This document shows positions 1-12,432 of a DNA stretch of 64,000 nt, in pieces (position 1 is the first letter of the stretch; each line of letters begins with the position of its first letter). The stretch spans positions 24,118,001 through 24,182,000 of the forward strand of contig NC_082724.1 of assembly GCF_030144855.1 (NCBI RefSeq), read 5' to 3'. The translations under genes and the position numbers were made by a program. This DNA is from Hypanus sabinus. Its lineage: Eukaryota. The notes under the pieces were generated by a model, which had not been told where the DNA came from, searched no databases, and saw nothing but the letters and a program-made list of their open reading frames with translations.

Positions 1-85
1 TCCAGTGCTTAATATTTTCGCTTCTCATAAAGTTTTCAATGATGAATGAAGAAACAGTGCCCGTTATAATGTGGTCAACAGCAGA
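1..85 (+). CDS. ATP6AP1L: Ac45-like exon 1 (partial; end of signal peptide)
   Basis: Frame from nt 3 reads QCLIFSLLIKFSMMNEETVPVIMWSTA(E), matching the Ac45 motif EQQVPLVLWSS. Donor GA|GTAAGT at 85/86, phase 2. Confidence 0.8.
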
Positions 86-1419
86 GTAAGTGTATACTTT
101 CAAGATGCAAGCTATGTAACTTGTACAAGTGATTTTCAAATATTTTACCAACATGTCTCCATGTATTTCTGATGTGTTGAGAGTAATCATTGCGGTTTAC
201 AAAGAAAACAAAATCTGTGTCATATTTTATTTTAAATGGACAGGGAGTAATAAAGTGAACATTTTATTCCACTTACTGTCTGCTGTTCAAGTGACCATAT
301 GCTGACCGGATTAACCTTTAAGGGTTTCATAAAAAGCGAGATTAATACTGTAAACGCAAAGAAACTGTTTAGGTTATCAATTATTGTAATAAAGACTTTG
401 AAAATGAGTTTAGATTTAATAGGAAGTTCGAATCACTTATTTTATTATTATCTATTTTTGGAATGTTCGTTTAATTCCGTGTTTTAATCCCCTAACTTGT
501 TTTTCTGTCTCGTCGATTCCAGGAATAGCAGTTAAATAAAACAGAAAATCCTTTAAATGCACCGGTGACATGATCCAGATGAGAAATGTTAATCCCTTGT
601 GGGAACCGCTGGGTTTTAGCCGGTGATTTCTAATATTTGTTCTTTTTAGTTCCTGATTTTAACTCGACCTTGAATGGAAAAAGTATATAGAGTATCTGCC
701 TGTTTCTATTTTGAACGGAACTATGTAGAGCTGTATGTATTTTCTAATTACGAATTTAATCTGGAGACCTAGCCGGGCTGTACAGATGGGACTTGGCCGA
801 TCAGGCAGGTCACTGTGGACATGTGAGTTCTTTAATCTTGTATTAGGCATTCGGAGATGTCAGTTGTGGTTGTGAGGCAGTGGCCCGACACTGTTAAACA
901 GAGTTGCATCTTCCACTTTCCTATTTGTCAGCGTGGCTAGCTCCTATGCTCAATACAGGAGATACAAAAGCATATTTGGTAACCAGGTAAACATCTTCTA
1001 TAGATTTTTTTTAAAGTTATTATACACCCATATCTACAGTTTAGTGGTAAGTTATCTTTCTGTAAGTGTCCTCCCACCAGAATTTACAATATACGCCCGT
1101 TCTGTCTTTTTTAGTTTTATCATAATTGCTGGATAAAGTGTTTTGGCTCCTGTCGGAATATGCAATTTGTTCATAGATGGGTTTAATTCGTGGATAAATA
1201 AACACGGTAAATATTCGAACCAAAAATAATCACGGAGTAAGACAAAGCTGTTTCATTTATGCTTGCCCTACTATCATTTATTTCAATCACTAATCTCAAT
1301 CAACCATTTCCCACATAATCCCGATAACATCCAGGAAAACAGGGTTTGTGGTTTTAACTGAATAAAATATATTCCTGCAGCAGTACCGGAATATATCGTT
1401 GTTGAAAAAGAAGTTAAGC

Positions 1420-2260
1420 CCTAATATAAATAACCTGTGTATAAAAGACTTGGATAAAAATGGGCAGGTCAGTAAATTTGCAGATGATAAGAAGATTGTT
1501 GGTGTTGTGGATGGTGTAGAAGGTTGGCCACGAATACGGAGGGATATATTTATTGGATGGAGAAATGGCAGATGGAGCTTAACCCAACCAAATGTGAAGA
1601 ATTGCACCCTTTGGTAGATCAAATGTAAAGAGACAGTACAGTGTTAATGAGCATGTGGATCTTGGGGTAAGGTTCCTAACTCTCGGAAAGGGTTAGGGTT
1701 AGGGTGGTTGAGAAGGCATGCGGCATGTTAATGCATAGAGTTCAAAAGTCAGGAAGTTATGATGCAGCGTTATAAACCTCTAGTTATATTGAGTATTGCA
1801 AACAGTCTGGTTGCCTGCGGGATGTCGAGGCTTTTGAGAGGGTGCAGAAGAGGTTTACCAGGATGCTGTCCGGATTAGAGGGCATGTGCTATAACGCGAT
1901 ATCGCTGGCGCGATGGAAGCGGAGGCAGTTTCTGTTAGACGTTTATAAGATTGAGAGGCATAGACAGTATCTCCCCGCGGGTTGAAATGTTTAATACCAG
2001 AGGCCATGCGTTTAAGGTGTGAGAGGGTAACTTCAAAGGAGACAATTTTGTTTTAAACCGAGAGTGGCTTGGAACGCACTGCCTGGGGGTGGTGATAGAG
2101 GCAGAAACAGTAAGGACGTGAAGATAGGTACAGGAATGTGAAGGAGATGTTAGGATACGGACTTTCTATAGGCAGAAGGGATTAGTTTCGTTGTCCATTA
2201 GAATACTAATTTAGTTGGTTAGACACAACATTTTGGACTGAAATGTTACCGTTATGTTCA
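1420..2260 (+). mobile_element. CR1-type LINE 3' fragment (degenerate)
   Basis: SKFADD..IVGVVD RT motif, then typical CR1 'gagagggtgcagaagaggtttaccaggatg' and 3' region. Many stops; boundaries approximate. Confidence 0.8.
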
Positions 2261-2705
2261 TAACCCTTGTTGATTAATACTTCGTTCCACATCCTATTGT
2301 CAGCTCCCTTCTCGCATTTTTTCTTACTTATTTTCTAATCAGAATGGGAGTGAGAACCTTTGATAATGAAGTTACTGAATTGATAACACTGTAAGTTGGA
2401 ATTCGAGACATTGTGGCCAAGGGTTAACACTCTGGTTTTGACGAGCACTATGTACGATTAAAAATCAAAAAATCGCTATGTGACCGTTCAATCTGGAAAA
2501 GAGACAAAATAGTTCGATGTGATGGAATATCGGGAACACTGGCACTGAAACAATGTTCAAAAACAAAACAAAAAACACACTTCTTTAGGCCAGATATTTA
2601 GCTTATATTGGCAAATAGTCCTTAACTGAATTTCCCTTTCAGATCTAATTTGACAGTGCCAAGTACACAAATCGTTATCGTGATAAATTGACTGGTAAGC
2701 ATCCA

Positions 2706-2722
2706 GCCACTAGATGTCGCAC
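2706..2722 (+). promoter_or_regulatory. CTCF-like motif in intron 1
   Basis: GCCACTAGATGTCGCAC is one mismatch from the CTCF core CCACTAGATGGCGC. Confidence 0.4.
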
Positions 2723-2886
2723 TGATGCCCTGATTTAAATGCTATCATCTATTTGATGACTTTCAGTTAACTGGCAATTCTTCCCACTGACCGAGACACC
2801 CGACTTCCGAATGCAGGACTGTAAGAGCCCAACTGTTGTGTTTCCGGATTTGATAAGAATGTGTGGTTTCCTTCAATTTTCCATAG

Positions 2887-3013
2887 AGCCTTGTGGAAAA
2901 CTGTGGACAATGCAGAGAGAGAGCACAATAAAGGGGTATCTGAATTATCCTGGTATCTCAACCCCGTATTCAACAGAAGTCAGAGGAAAGTGATACTGTT
3001 CTGGCAGGAGACG
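2887..3013 (+). CDS. ATP6AP1L: Ac45-like exon 2
   Basis: ttttccatag acceptor. ALWKTVDNAEREHNKGVSELSWYLNPVFNRSQRKVILFWQET resembles ATP6AP1 DLW..QLSTYLDP..RNVLLFLQDK. 127 nt; donor gtaaat. Confidence 0.85.
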
Positions 3014-3439
3014 GTAAATGATACAAAATTGTTAAAACTGTTTTAAAGCTATTTTAAATAAAGGAAATAAGTGTCATGCTGCAATACTTTAAAGGCGCAA
3101 GAAGGTGCGTGCTGTGGTCAGAGCCAGACTCTTGAGCGGACTGCATGTTACAATATCTACCCACACTTTCCGATGCAGTTAGATCTATAGAAATCTTGGC
3201 AGTCAATTCCACAACAAACATTACGATAGACTTTGGGGTATGTCATTAAAATATAAACACATGCGTTTAAAAACTGAAACAAGAAAGCAGGTCTGGCAGT
3301 ATCTGTAGAATAGGACTTGAAATATTCAGCATCTTCACCGGTTCCTGCTTTACCTTTTTAAATAGTACTAAAGTGTCTCTCTGAAATCCATCTTCAAATT
3401 TCCAAACCATAAATCAAGATACTTTTTTAAGAGGTAAAG

Positions 3440-3678
3440 CGCAGAGTAGGCTCTTTGAGCTGCTCCGCCAGCAGCCGACCCATTTAGCCCTAGCCTAATC
3501 AGGGGATAATTTACAATGACCAATTAATCTACCAACCGGTAGGTCTTTGTACTGTGGGAGAAAGCACATGCATTCCACGGGGAAGACGTACAAGATCCTA
3601 ACAGAGGAGGCCGGGATTGAACTCAGAAGCCCCAGCTGTAATAGCGTCGCGCTAACCTCTAGACCACAGCGGCGCCCG
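3440..3678 (-). mobile_element. V-SINE-type tRNA-derived SINE
   Basis: Minus strand reads ggttagcgcgacgctattacagc...gagttcaatcccg (A/B-box head), then V-domain-like gtacgtcttccccgtg...ctcccacagt.caaagac. Confidence 0.75.
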
Positions 3679-5384
3679 TATTTACCTACATAATTCAGCA
3701 ATTTGTTTGAGGTGATACACTCATCTTCCCAAGGCCAAATGCCCCAGCTTTCAGAATCTTTTCCCTTACTTCAAGCAGCAAAGTCAGGTTGCTCTTTTAT
3801 AATAGCACTCAGATGTGTATATTGTGCTTCAGATGCGCTAAGACTTTATTTACATCTGTAATTATTTTATGTGATAGTATTCTGCTCCCCAAGATTTACT
3901 TTCAAATTCTTAATTCCGGTAAAAATCGTAAACAACACCAATGAATGCAGACACACATATTGAATTTATAACGGCTTCAATATAATTCAGTATGTTTTGA
4001 AAAACACAAAGATTATACATTTAGCCTCATTAGTACAAAATTAAACGTTGAGGAACGCGCTATTTTAATCACAAAGAAAAAAATCTACAGCTGCTGGAAA
4101 TTCAGCATTTTGTGTGTTACAATATTTTAAAGTTGATTTTAATAACTTGACCAATATTATAATTTGATGAAATAAGAAATGTAATATAAAATATTTCTAC
4201 AAAATTCAAACTGTTATAATTTTGATCTCGGAACGGGATGAATCGTTCCACTAGTTCCCACTTTATGCTTCCCTGTGGCAATGCAGGTACGTTTTGAAAT
4301 TAGAAAACAAAACAGAGAACGCATCTTCTTTCCAGTGCTACGCACAAACACGGGCTGTAGTAGATGAACTAACAGTTAATTTCATGAAAGACTGGGCACA
4401 AAGGAATAAACCTATTTCTTACTTGAAAATACCTTTACAACAATCAACATTTTTCAAATATGAAATCATACAATACTGTGCAAAGGTGTTGGGTGCTTAA
4501 TACTTTTGCACAGTCCCGTACTTGTCAATGTAGTACAGAGCGGAGAGCGAGTTTGTAAACCTGACAGGAGCAAAGGGTGTTGGGAATGGTGAGGGCGGAG
4601 CGCTGGCGGAGGGGTGTAAAGCAAAGAAGCAGTACCAGGGTAGGGACTGAAGTGGATGAAGATACACACTACCCTGACACCCCAGTTCATAAGGCTCAAA
4701 GACAAAGGAACAGAATTAGGCCATCCAGCCCACTCCGCCATTTCATCGGTCCCAGATCCCATTCAACCCCATACACCTGCCCTCTCACCATATCCCTTGA
4801 TGCCCCGATCACTCAGATATCTATTGTGATCACTTGCTCTTTGGGGTTCTTTTACTTTAAGCTTTCTAATCAATTCTGGTCCATTGCACAACGCCCATAG
4901 TCGACGTCTTTTGATTTCACATGATTGCTTTATTGATCATTACAGAATGTCTCTCAGATGCTTCCTGATCCCTCCTTCTTCGTTTCCCTTTTTCCTAACC
5001 ACGATTCCTCCCCCCCCCCTCCTTCTCACTCTCTGTCCACAATAGAGACCGAAATCAGAATCGGGTTTATCATTATTCGCATACCTCATGAAATTTGTTT
5101 TTTTATATACAGCTAGGAATTTTGCACAAAACTTTGTATCTAACTTTCTAATTCGAAGATGCTTTTTGGTGTTGTCACTTGTGTGCTTATGTGTTTAAAC
5201 GTGTATGTCATTCTACATCTGGTACCCAAAATAATCAAGTTATATTGTAATAACTGATTTAATGTTTATTAATTAAATGATTCATTCATTTTGCACCAAC
5301 TTATGAACACCGAGTTAAATGCTTATGTTCAAAAAGAAATGAAAATATATGTTCTATTTCAACATTTCAACCTTGTATTTTCAG

Positions 5385-5447
5385 CAGAACACCAATGATA
5401 TTATGAATTCTGATACCAGTTTGACACACACATTTTCTAACATTCAG
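5385..5447 (+). CDS. ATP6AP1L: Ac45-like exon 3
   Basis: tttcagcag NAGNAG acceptor. QNTNDIMNSDTSLTHTFSNIQ (compare ..AFSNLE). Phase 0-0; donor gtatga. Confidence 0.7.
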
Positions 5448-6567
5448 GTATGATGGATCCTATTCTATGATCATATTATCAAATTTTCTTGGTTTATTTA
5501 TTAAAACAAAGCATGAAATTATCAAGATTTTTGTAGTTAATATATTTTCTTCACTGGATCTGAAAGATTAAATTCTGAATACTATTCAGAACTTAACGAA
5601 TAACTCACAAATTAATTTGATTACTGCTTTTATTGGGAAATGTGGAATTCATTTCTTAGTACTGATTAAATGCACAATGAGTATAATACTGGGCATAATT
5701 CATAAGCTTTGAATTCACCAACATCAGAAGTGGTGTGTTGTACACTGTCCAGTTATATTCACAACACCTAGCATATATCACCACTTCTGGGCCGTACCTT
5801 CCGAATATCTGGACCTGACTTGCACTACCTTACTTTCCCTTTTCTATTTTTCTAATTATGATTTATAATTTAAATTTTTATTATATTTACTTCGATTTGT
5901 ACTTCAGGGAGCGGGAAGCGCAGAAACAAATATCACTGTGATGATTGTACGCTGTAGTATCAATTGGTGAGAGTAAAGTATAATGACAAAACTGAATGTC
6001 TTCCACTGTAGATAAGCAGAGAACAATTAACTAGGATGTAATACTTACTTCCCCAAACTTCTCATTGACTTTGTGTTAAATTTATTCTCGAGGTGTGCCC
6101 CTTGCTGGCATCTTTTGCTCATCTTTGCTCCTTTTGAATGGTGGTGGTGAAAGTGTTAAATTTCTCCCAATAAAGGTCCTTCTACAATGGGAGTGTTGCA
6201 GGACCGAGACCTGATAATGAAGTAACAATAAGTCAATTACATTGTAATTCCGAATCAAGATGGTGTCAGGTGAAAGGTGGTAGTGGTCCATCTACAGCCC
6301 CTTAGCCTTCTTTGTTGTAGGTCACAGGTCGGGAATATGCCGTCAGAGCAGCCCAGATGAATAACTGTAGACATGTTTGTAAATGTTATGCACAGCCCCA
6401 ATGGCGCATTGCTGATGAAGGAATGAATAATTAGTGTGGTTCATGAGAAATCAATTATTGCACCAGTTGGTCCTGCAAACTGTTGAAGGTACTTGAGTGT
6501 TACTGAATTTTCATTCATTCAGGCTCGTGGAAAGTATTCCACCACGCTCCTTCCTGTGTCTGTGATA

Positions 6568-6758
6568 TTGCTGTTCCTTGTGGCGCATCGGGCGGCAACC
6601 TGGCCGTTTCTTTAGCATTTTGTCTGTTTTTACGAGGCCAAGTTGCTAGCTCGATGTGTAACCCAGCACAGATGGAAAGCGTGCAAGGAGCTGGCCAGAT
6701 TCAAACCCGGGACTCGTCTCAAAGTCTGGTGCTGATGCCACTACGCTACCGGCTGGCT
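6568..6758 (-). mobile_element. tRNA-derived SINE
   Basis: Minus-strand head gccagccggtagcgtagtggcatcagcaccagact...cccgggtttgaatc with A/B-box-like motifs. Confidence 0.6.
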
Positions 6759-8020
6759 TCCTGTATCTTATAAATAATGAAAATGGGGAGATAACTAATT
6801 GTCACAGTCTGCTCAGCCTCTGATTTGCTCTGGCTGGCTAAGTTACTGCTTATTGGAGACTCCCAGAATGTTGACGGTGGCATCGCAGCAACTGCAGGTG
6901 GTAATTGCCTAGATATTTTATGGCATGACTGTCACTTGTCTCTTACCAATCTGTACCAGGCGTGCCATATGCTAGGAGTTGTGAATATAACTGGACAGTG
7001 TACAACACACCACTTCTGATCTTAAGGATGAAAGAATGAGCGAAAGGAAGGTCTGTAAAGATGGATGACCCTTGAATACTGCACCAAAGTACTCCTGCAA
7101 TTATGTCAGGACAAGATTACGGTCAAGTAGTTAAATACAGGCCTAGCACCCAGGTTACAAACACCTTACTCACAGACACCTGCACATATGAATGAGCCAA
7201 ATTCAAACCATCAAATTCAGAGTTCCAACATATATACATATATTCATTTCTATGAACGGCAGAACTACCTTCCCCTCTCTCTCCACTTTTAATAAGTATT
7301 CTTTCTTAACAATCTTATGTGTTTTTGATGCCATTCATTAAAATACGGTTGAGGTATGGTTATATTGGGTGATTTCTACATATTTTCTGACTATTTTTGC
7401 TGAGAGTACCAGGGGAAGTTTTCACAGCTTGCCTTGTGTGCTGAATTTTGAGTGACAATTCCTAGTTTTCCCAAGTCATTACATGGTCTCTGTGGCATCT
7501 ATCATTTGAAAAGTATGAGGAAATTCTTCAGCCATTTAGATGAAAGTATCTGCATTGAAACTTGCATAGTGCAATATTTTTCGATAGGAATTATATCCAA
7601 ATTATTATACATATCTTTTAACCAACACATAAGATTAAGGATGATAGATAAATAATAAAGTGCAAAAAAATTACAGTTTAAAATATCTCCCAATGTTACT
7701 TTTCCAGAGTCCTGAATAAGGGTCTTGGCCCAAAACATCAACTGGCCCAAAACCAGTTGGGTCTTGGCCCAAAACCCTTCCATAGATGCTGCCTGAATTG
7801 CTGAGATCCCCTGGCATTTTGTGTGTGTTGCTCAAGATTTCCAGCATCTGTAGAATCTCTTGTTTGGGTATGAGGATTGTTAGCCAGAGTCTAGGTTACA
7901 AGATCAATGGTAATATATTCAAGAAACATCTACAATTACATACAAATGTAATTTAAAACATGATTGTCAATAAAGAAGCAATATAACTTTATAAATTCAA
8001 ATTCTTTCTTTTGTTTGTAG

Positions 8021-8214
8021 AATGTTCTGGATTCTGCTCCATCTTCGATTGTCCTACCAACTGTAAGCCAGCGATGGACGTATCAGCTCCCTGAATATAT
8101 GCATGAGAAGCTCGGAGGATACTCAGTATATGTAAATCAATTACCATTTTGGAACCCAGAAATGAACGGCACTAAACCGTTACTACTAATAGTGAAATTA
8201 CCGTTAATGCACAG
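8021..8214 (+). CDS. ATP6AP1L: Ac45-like exon 4
   Basis: NVLDSAPSSIVLPTV...MHEKLGG...NGTKPLLLIVKLP resembles ATP6AP1 NALDLAPSSLVLPAV...LQEKLG...PALLLIRLP. Donor gtaaag. Confidence 0.9.
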
Positions 8215-9029
8215 GTAAAGTAAATTTCTAAAAGCACAATAGGCAAGAGGTGGGTTAGAACTAAATGAAATGAGTTTACAGTACAATATTTTGATTCTTC
8301 CAATTTTGCAACAATTTCCTTCCGTTTGGACAGCTGTAGCTTCAGCACTATTTCACATCCATTTATTGCAAGTGAACCAACTGCAATGATTTTGCATCCT
8401 GTCGTACACTGGTAGCTCTGGAGTTTGACAGGGGTTTATCTTTAAACCTCTTCTATTTCTCATAAGTGTGCAGCATTATACAAAGACTTGACATGTACAA
8501 TGCTGGTGCTGAGAGTCACCTCTCTGTAACCTCTAATTTACCGTGTTGTTTGTCCAGAATCCATTCCTCAATTGTCAGAAGTTTCCTCAAAGCGTCCGCT
8601 GTCCCGACTCGCGGCCGAATGCCAGGATGACCAGATATGCAATGCTAACCCCCCCCCCCCCCCACCCCATCTCCCCAGTCCAGTGACAATAAGCTGATTA
8701 GTGACAATGGCTGATGAGTTCGGGAGCTTGGCATCAGATACGTTGGCAATCTTTGTTCAATGTCTAGATGACCCCTCCCCCCACAATAAAGAGAGAAAAT
8801 GTATTTTGAATCTTCTAAAACAGTAATTTGAAGCATTTATCTGGTAGAATGCTAAGCAGTGCTAACATTGGGGAAAATTAAAGCTGTTTTACCCATTGTT
8901 TACCTCCCTCTGATCACTTCCAGCCAGGTACTGAACCTTGCAGTTTGATATCCAATTTGATTCTGAAGTCAGCTTCCTCTCTATCATCAGGGCCCCTGAC
9001 TCCCACCTCCATACCTTCACCTCTCATAT

Positions 9030-9740
9030 ACGATCAGAATCAGAATTATTTTCACTGCCATTAGTCATGGAAGTTGTTTTGGACTGGCAGTACAGAGTAG
9101 ACATACTGAATTACTATAGTTACAGTATAATAGATTGCTAGATAGATAAGTGGTGCAAAACAGGAATAGTGAGGTAGTATTTAGGGGTTCATGGACCGTT
9201 AGAAATCTAATGGCTGAGGGGAAGAAGCTGATCCTAAAACATTGAGTGTGGGTCTGCAGGCTCACTGATGATAAGAGGGCACGTCCCAGGCAGTGAAGAT
9301 CCATAATGATGGATGCCGCATTCTTGAGGCACTGCCTTTTGAAGATAGCCTTGTTGATGGGGAAGCTTGAGCTTGTGTTAGAGTGGCTGAGTCTATAACC
9401 CTCTGAAGTCTTATGATCCTGTGCATTGGCATCTCCGTGCCAAACGATGATGCAACCAGTTAGAATGCTCTCCGCAGTACGCATGTAGAATTTTGCTAGA
9501 GTCTTTAGGGACATACCAAATCTCCTCAAACTCCCAATTAAGTATAGCCACCTCTTCAATATGATTGCATCCTCTAAGATGTTGATGCCCAGGAACTGTA
9601 CTTGGAAGTTGATCCCCCTCTGTATGGCTGAACCCTCAATGAGTGTGCGTTCTCTTGCCGTCCCCTTCCTGAAGACCACAATCAGTTGCTGATGTTGAGT
9701 GCAAGGCTGTTGAAATGACACCACTGGACTAGCCTATCAG
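9030..9740 (-). mobile_element. Rex1/Babar-like LINE 3' fragment
   Basis: ORF 9065-9724 has LRRFGMS..LAKFY..ESILTGCI..W.G and SFFPSAIR motifs; (atcaga)n tail at about 9032-9047. Confidence 0.8.
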
Positions 9741-10201
9741 CATTATCAGTCTTTAAAATCAGCACAGTTGAGATTGCAGACAACCCAGTGTGGGAATGTA
9801 GCAGCAGTCTCCATTGTCTGGTGAAGCTGAGATAGCGAGTTTTCAGGGATTGCTGTGTACTCTGCTTCCCTGAGACATGGTTCACTCCCAGCAATCCAGA
9901 CACAGTATTCTAGCCCAAGGGTTTCACATTTCACCACATGGACCAGAGGGCAGAAGTTACAGCTTCTGTCTCAATCCAATCGTAGATACAATGTTCTGGA
10001 AACTTCTGTCACAAGATTAATGGGCACACAAACTTATCAAACATGATTCCAGATATAGATTTTTATCACTTGTTGTTGATAGAGCATATTCTGACACTGT
10101 TTAATTTGTGGTAATTAGTTTTCATGGTTGTAATTATCAAATTTGGGATTGTAAGTGTTAAATTTACTTAATTGTTATTAAATGCAATATTCCTCTTCCA
10201 G

Positions 10202-10242
10202 ATCTGCAGTGACAGCAGATAGCAGAGTCCTAGCTGATGATG
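10202..10242 (+). CDS. ATP6AP1L: Ac45-like exon 5
   Basis: 41-nt exon with cttccag acceptor and gtaagc donor. Reads SAVTADSRVLADD; phase 2-1 fits its neighbours. Confidence 0.8.
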
Positions 10243-11169
10243 GTAAGCTTTCTAATGAAAGGTCAACAATGCAAAATATTCACATTGCTTTCTCACTGTA
10301 GTAGAGCAGCTCATAATTTTACAGTGTTTAGCATTTACCTCAGGAGTCCAGTCTATTGCTTTTGTAAACTTTTATTTGTTTAATAATTTAATGCTATTAA
10401 AATTGTAGACAGAAAAATTATCCAATAATTTTTGGCAACCAGATAGCCAAATGGCAGGATGCATTATTGGTGTATAATGATCAAAAATGTCCAAAATGTT
10501 AATAATTGCCTTTCTTTTAGCATACTTGCTTTATGTTTGTTTTATACAGAATCAGCTGAATTCTATAGATAAAGCAAACACTTCCCACCTCTCTTCAGAA
10601 AATAGAAACTTTTTTAGATTAAGATGGCCAGAGAACTGTTATTTTTTAAATATTCAGAAATTTGCTAAAAAAAAGTCATGGTTCTAATTTTTTCCATGTA
10701 TAATCATTTCTCTCTTTCCTGAAGGCATCAAATGCTCACTGAGATACAACGTTAATGAGCTGGCTTTGGTGGTATGATAGGTGCTACTGAACCATTTCCC
10801 CAAGGTGTAGACATCAGGGCACAACCTACTCCTGTCCTGTTTGGAATTCAAAGTTTTAATTGTGGCCTGGAATGCTCAGTCCGTGTTTGGTAACGTTGTC
10901 AGTAATCAGGGGTCTGATTCCAGTTATACAGCAGAGTGTAGACATAGACCAGATACAACTTTATAACACATTTGGAATTAGATCTGACTCTGCATATAAA
11001 AACGGGCTGGTTTGTGCACATTATTACCCATAACTATGCCTTTCCTCTCCTGCTTTTCAAATGTTTCAAATGATAATCAGAAACAATTTAAAAAATTGAA
11101 ATACATTTAAATAATTAAAATGTCTTTAAAAACAAAGTTAAAATATTAATAAATTATTATTTAAACATT

Positions 11170-11720
11170 CAAAGTAAATTTATTATCAAAGTACATATAT
11201 ATCACCATACTATTTACATACTCAGTAAGTCCAATAGCCATAATAGAATCTGTGAAAGACTGTAGCAGACAACTAATATGCAAAAGATAACAAACTGTGC
11301 AAATACAAAAAAAGGAAATAGTAATAAATCAATAAACAATAAATATTGAGAACATGAGGTGAAGAGTCCTTGAAAGTGAGCCCATAGGTTGTGGGAGTAG
11401 TTCAGTGTTCAGTGGGATAAGTGAAGTTGAATGAAGCTATGTCCTTTGGTTCAAGAGCCTGATAGTTGAGGGGAGTAACTGTTCCTTAGCATGGTGGTGT
11501 GAGTCCAGATGCCTGCAGCTTCTCCCTGATGGCAACAGTGGGAAGAGAGCATGCCCAGGGCGATGGATGCCGCTTTCCTGTGACAACGTTCCATGTAGAT
11601 GTGCTCAATGGTGGGGAGGACTTTACCCATGATGGACTGGGCCATATCCACTACTTTTTGCAGGATTTTTTGTTCAAGGGTGTTGGCGTTTCCGTACCAG
11701 GCTGTGATGCAGCTAGTTAA
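11170..11720 (-). mobile_element. Rex1/Babar-like LINE 3' fragment
   Basis: TSCITAWYGN...LQKVVD.AQSI..LPTIEHIY..RC..KAASI motifs. Confidence 0.75.
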
Positions 11721-12349
11721 TAACCAAAAAAATACATTTGACTGATACAAATTAAGTAAGAACTTTAATACAAATTAGTAAAAATATAAACAATAATCAT
11801 TGACCTTCAGTTATCTTTTATATTTTTGTTATCCTCTGTGGCCCTTTTACATGCAACAGCCGTGACTGACACAAAGCTCAGGGTCTACATATAAAATGAT
11901 TCTCTCAACTTAGGCTTTTTGTGTTCAGTGCTGATACCTGGAGTTTCAACGTGCAGGTATGGAGGGCAGGAATGTGCTGGCCCAGGCAATGGTGTTCTCC
12001 CATGGAGCTACCATTTGGTGATCTGGGAGAATAGTCACGATTATTAACATAACTTTAAAAATGCAATTAATCATTAGTGTCCCTCCTTCGCAGCGAGGCA
12101 GGAATTGAAGCAGAAGAACAGATTAGATTAGGACAAGAACATTGGAGAGGAACTGGTCTATACCCTTTTTCCTTAGATATTGTATCTCAAACTGCTCTAA
12201 GCAGGTAGAATGGATTGCATATGAAAAGAGTTATGAATATAATCACTAAAGATATGTAGTCTAATTGGGATAATGTGGTAGGTCATATTAGAAAAAAGCA
12301 TAATCTGTTTTTTGTCATATAATTTAAAATTTGCTTTATTTTTAAACAG

Positions 12350-12432
12350 ATGTTATTAAACTGGTCATCAATACTTTCAAAGCAAATGAGGTCCCTTATA
12401 CAGCTATTTTCATGGCTGGCAGGAGTTCCAAG
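12350..12432 (+). CDS. ATP6AP1L: Ac45-like exon 6
   Basis: (D)VIKLVINTFKANEVPYTAIFMAGRSSK resembles ATP6AP1 [27 protein letters not shown]. Confidence 0.9.

Noticed and set aside
946-986. ATG-started mini-exon with a phase-compatible donor (MLNTGDTKAYLVT) as an alternative first exon
   Set aside because: No signal peptide or family similarity; exon <1-85 already carries the Ac45 motif.
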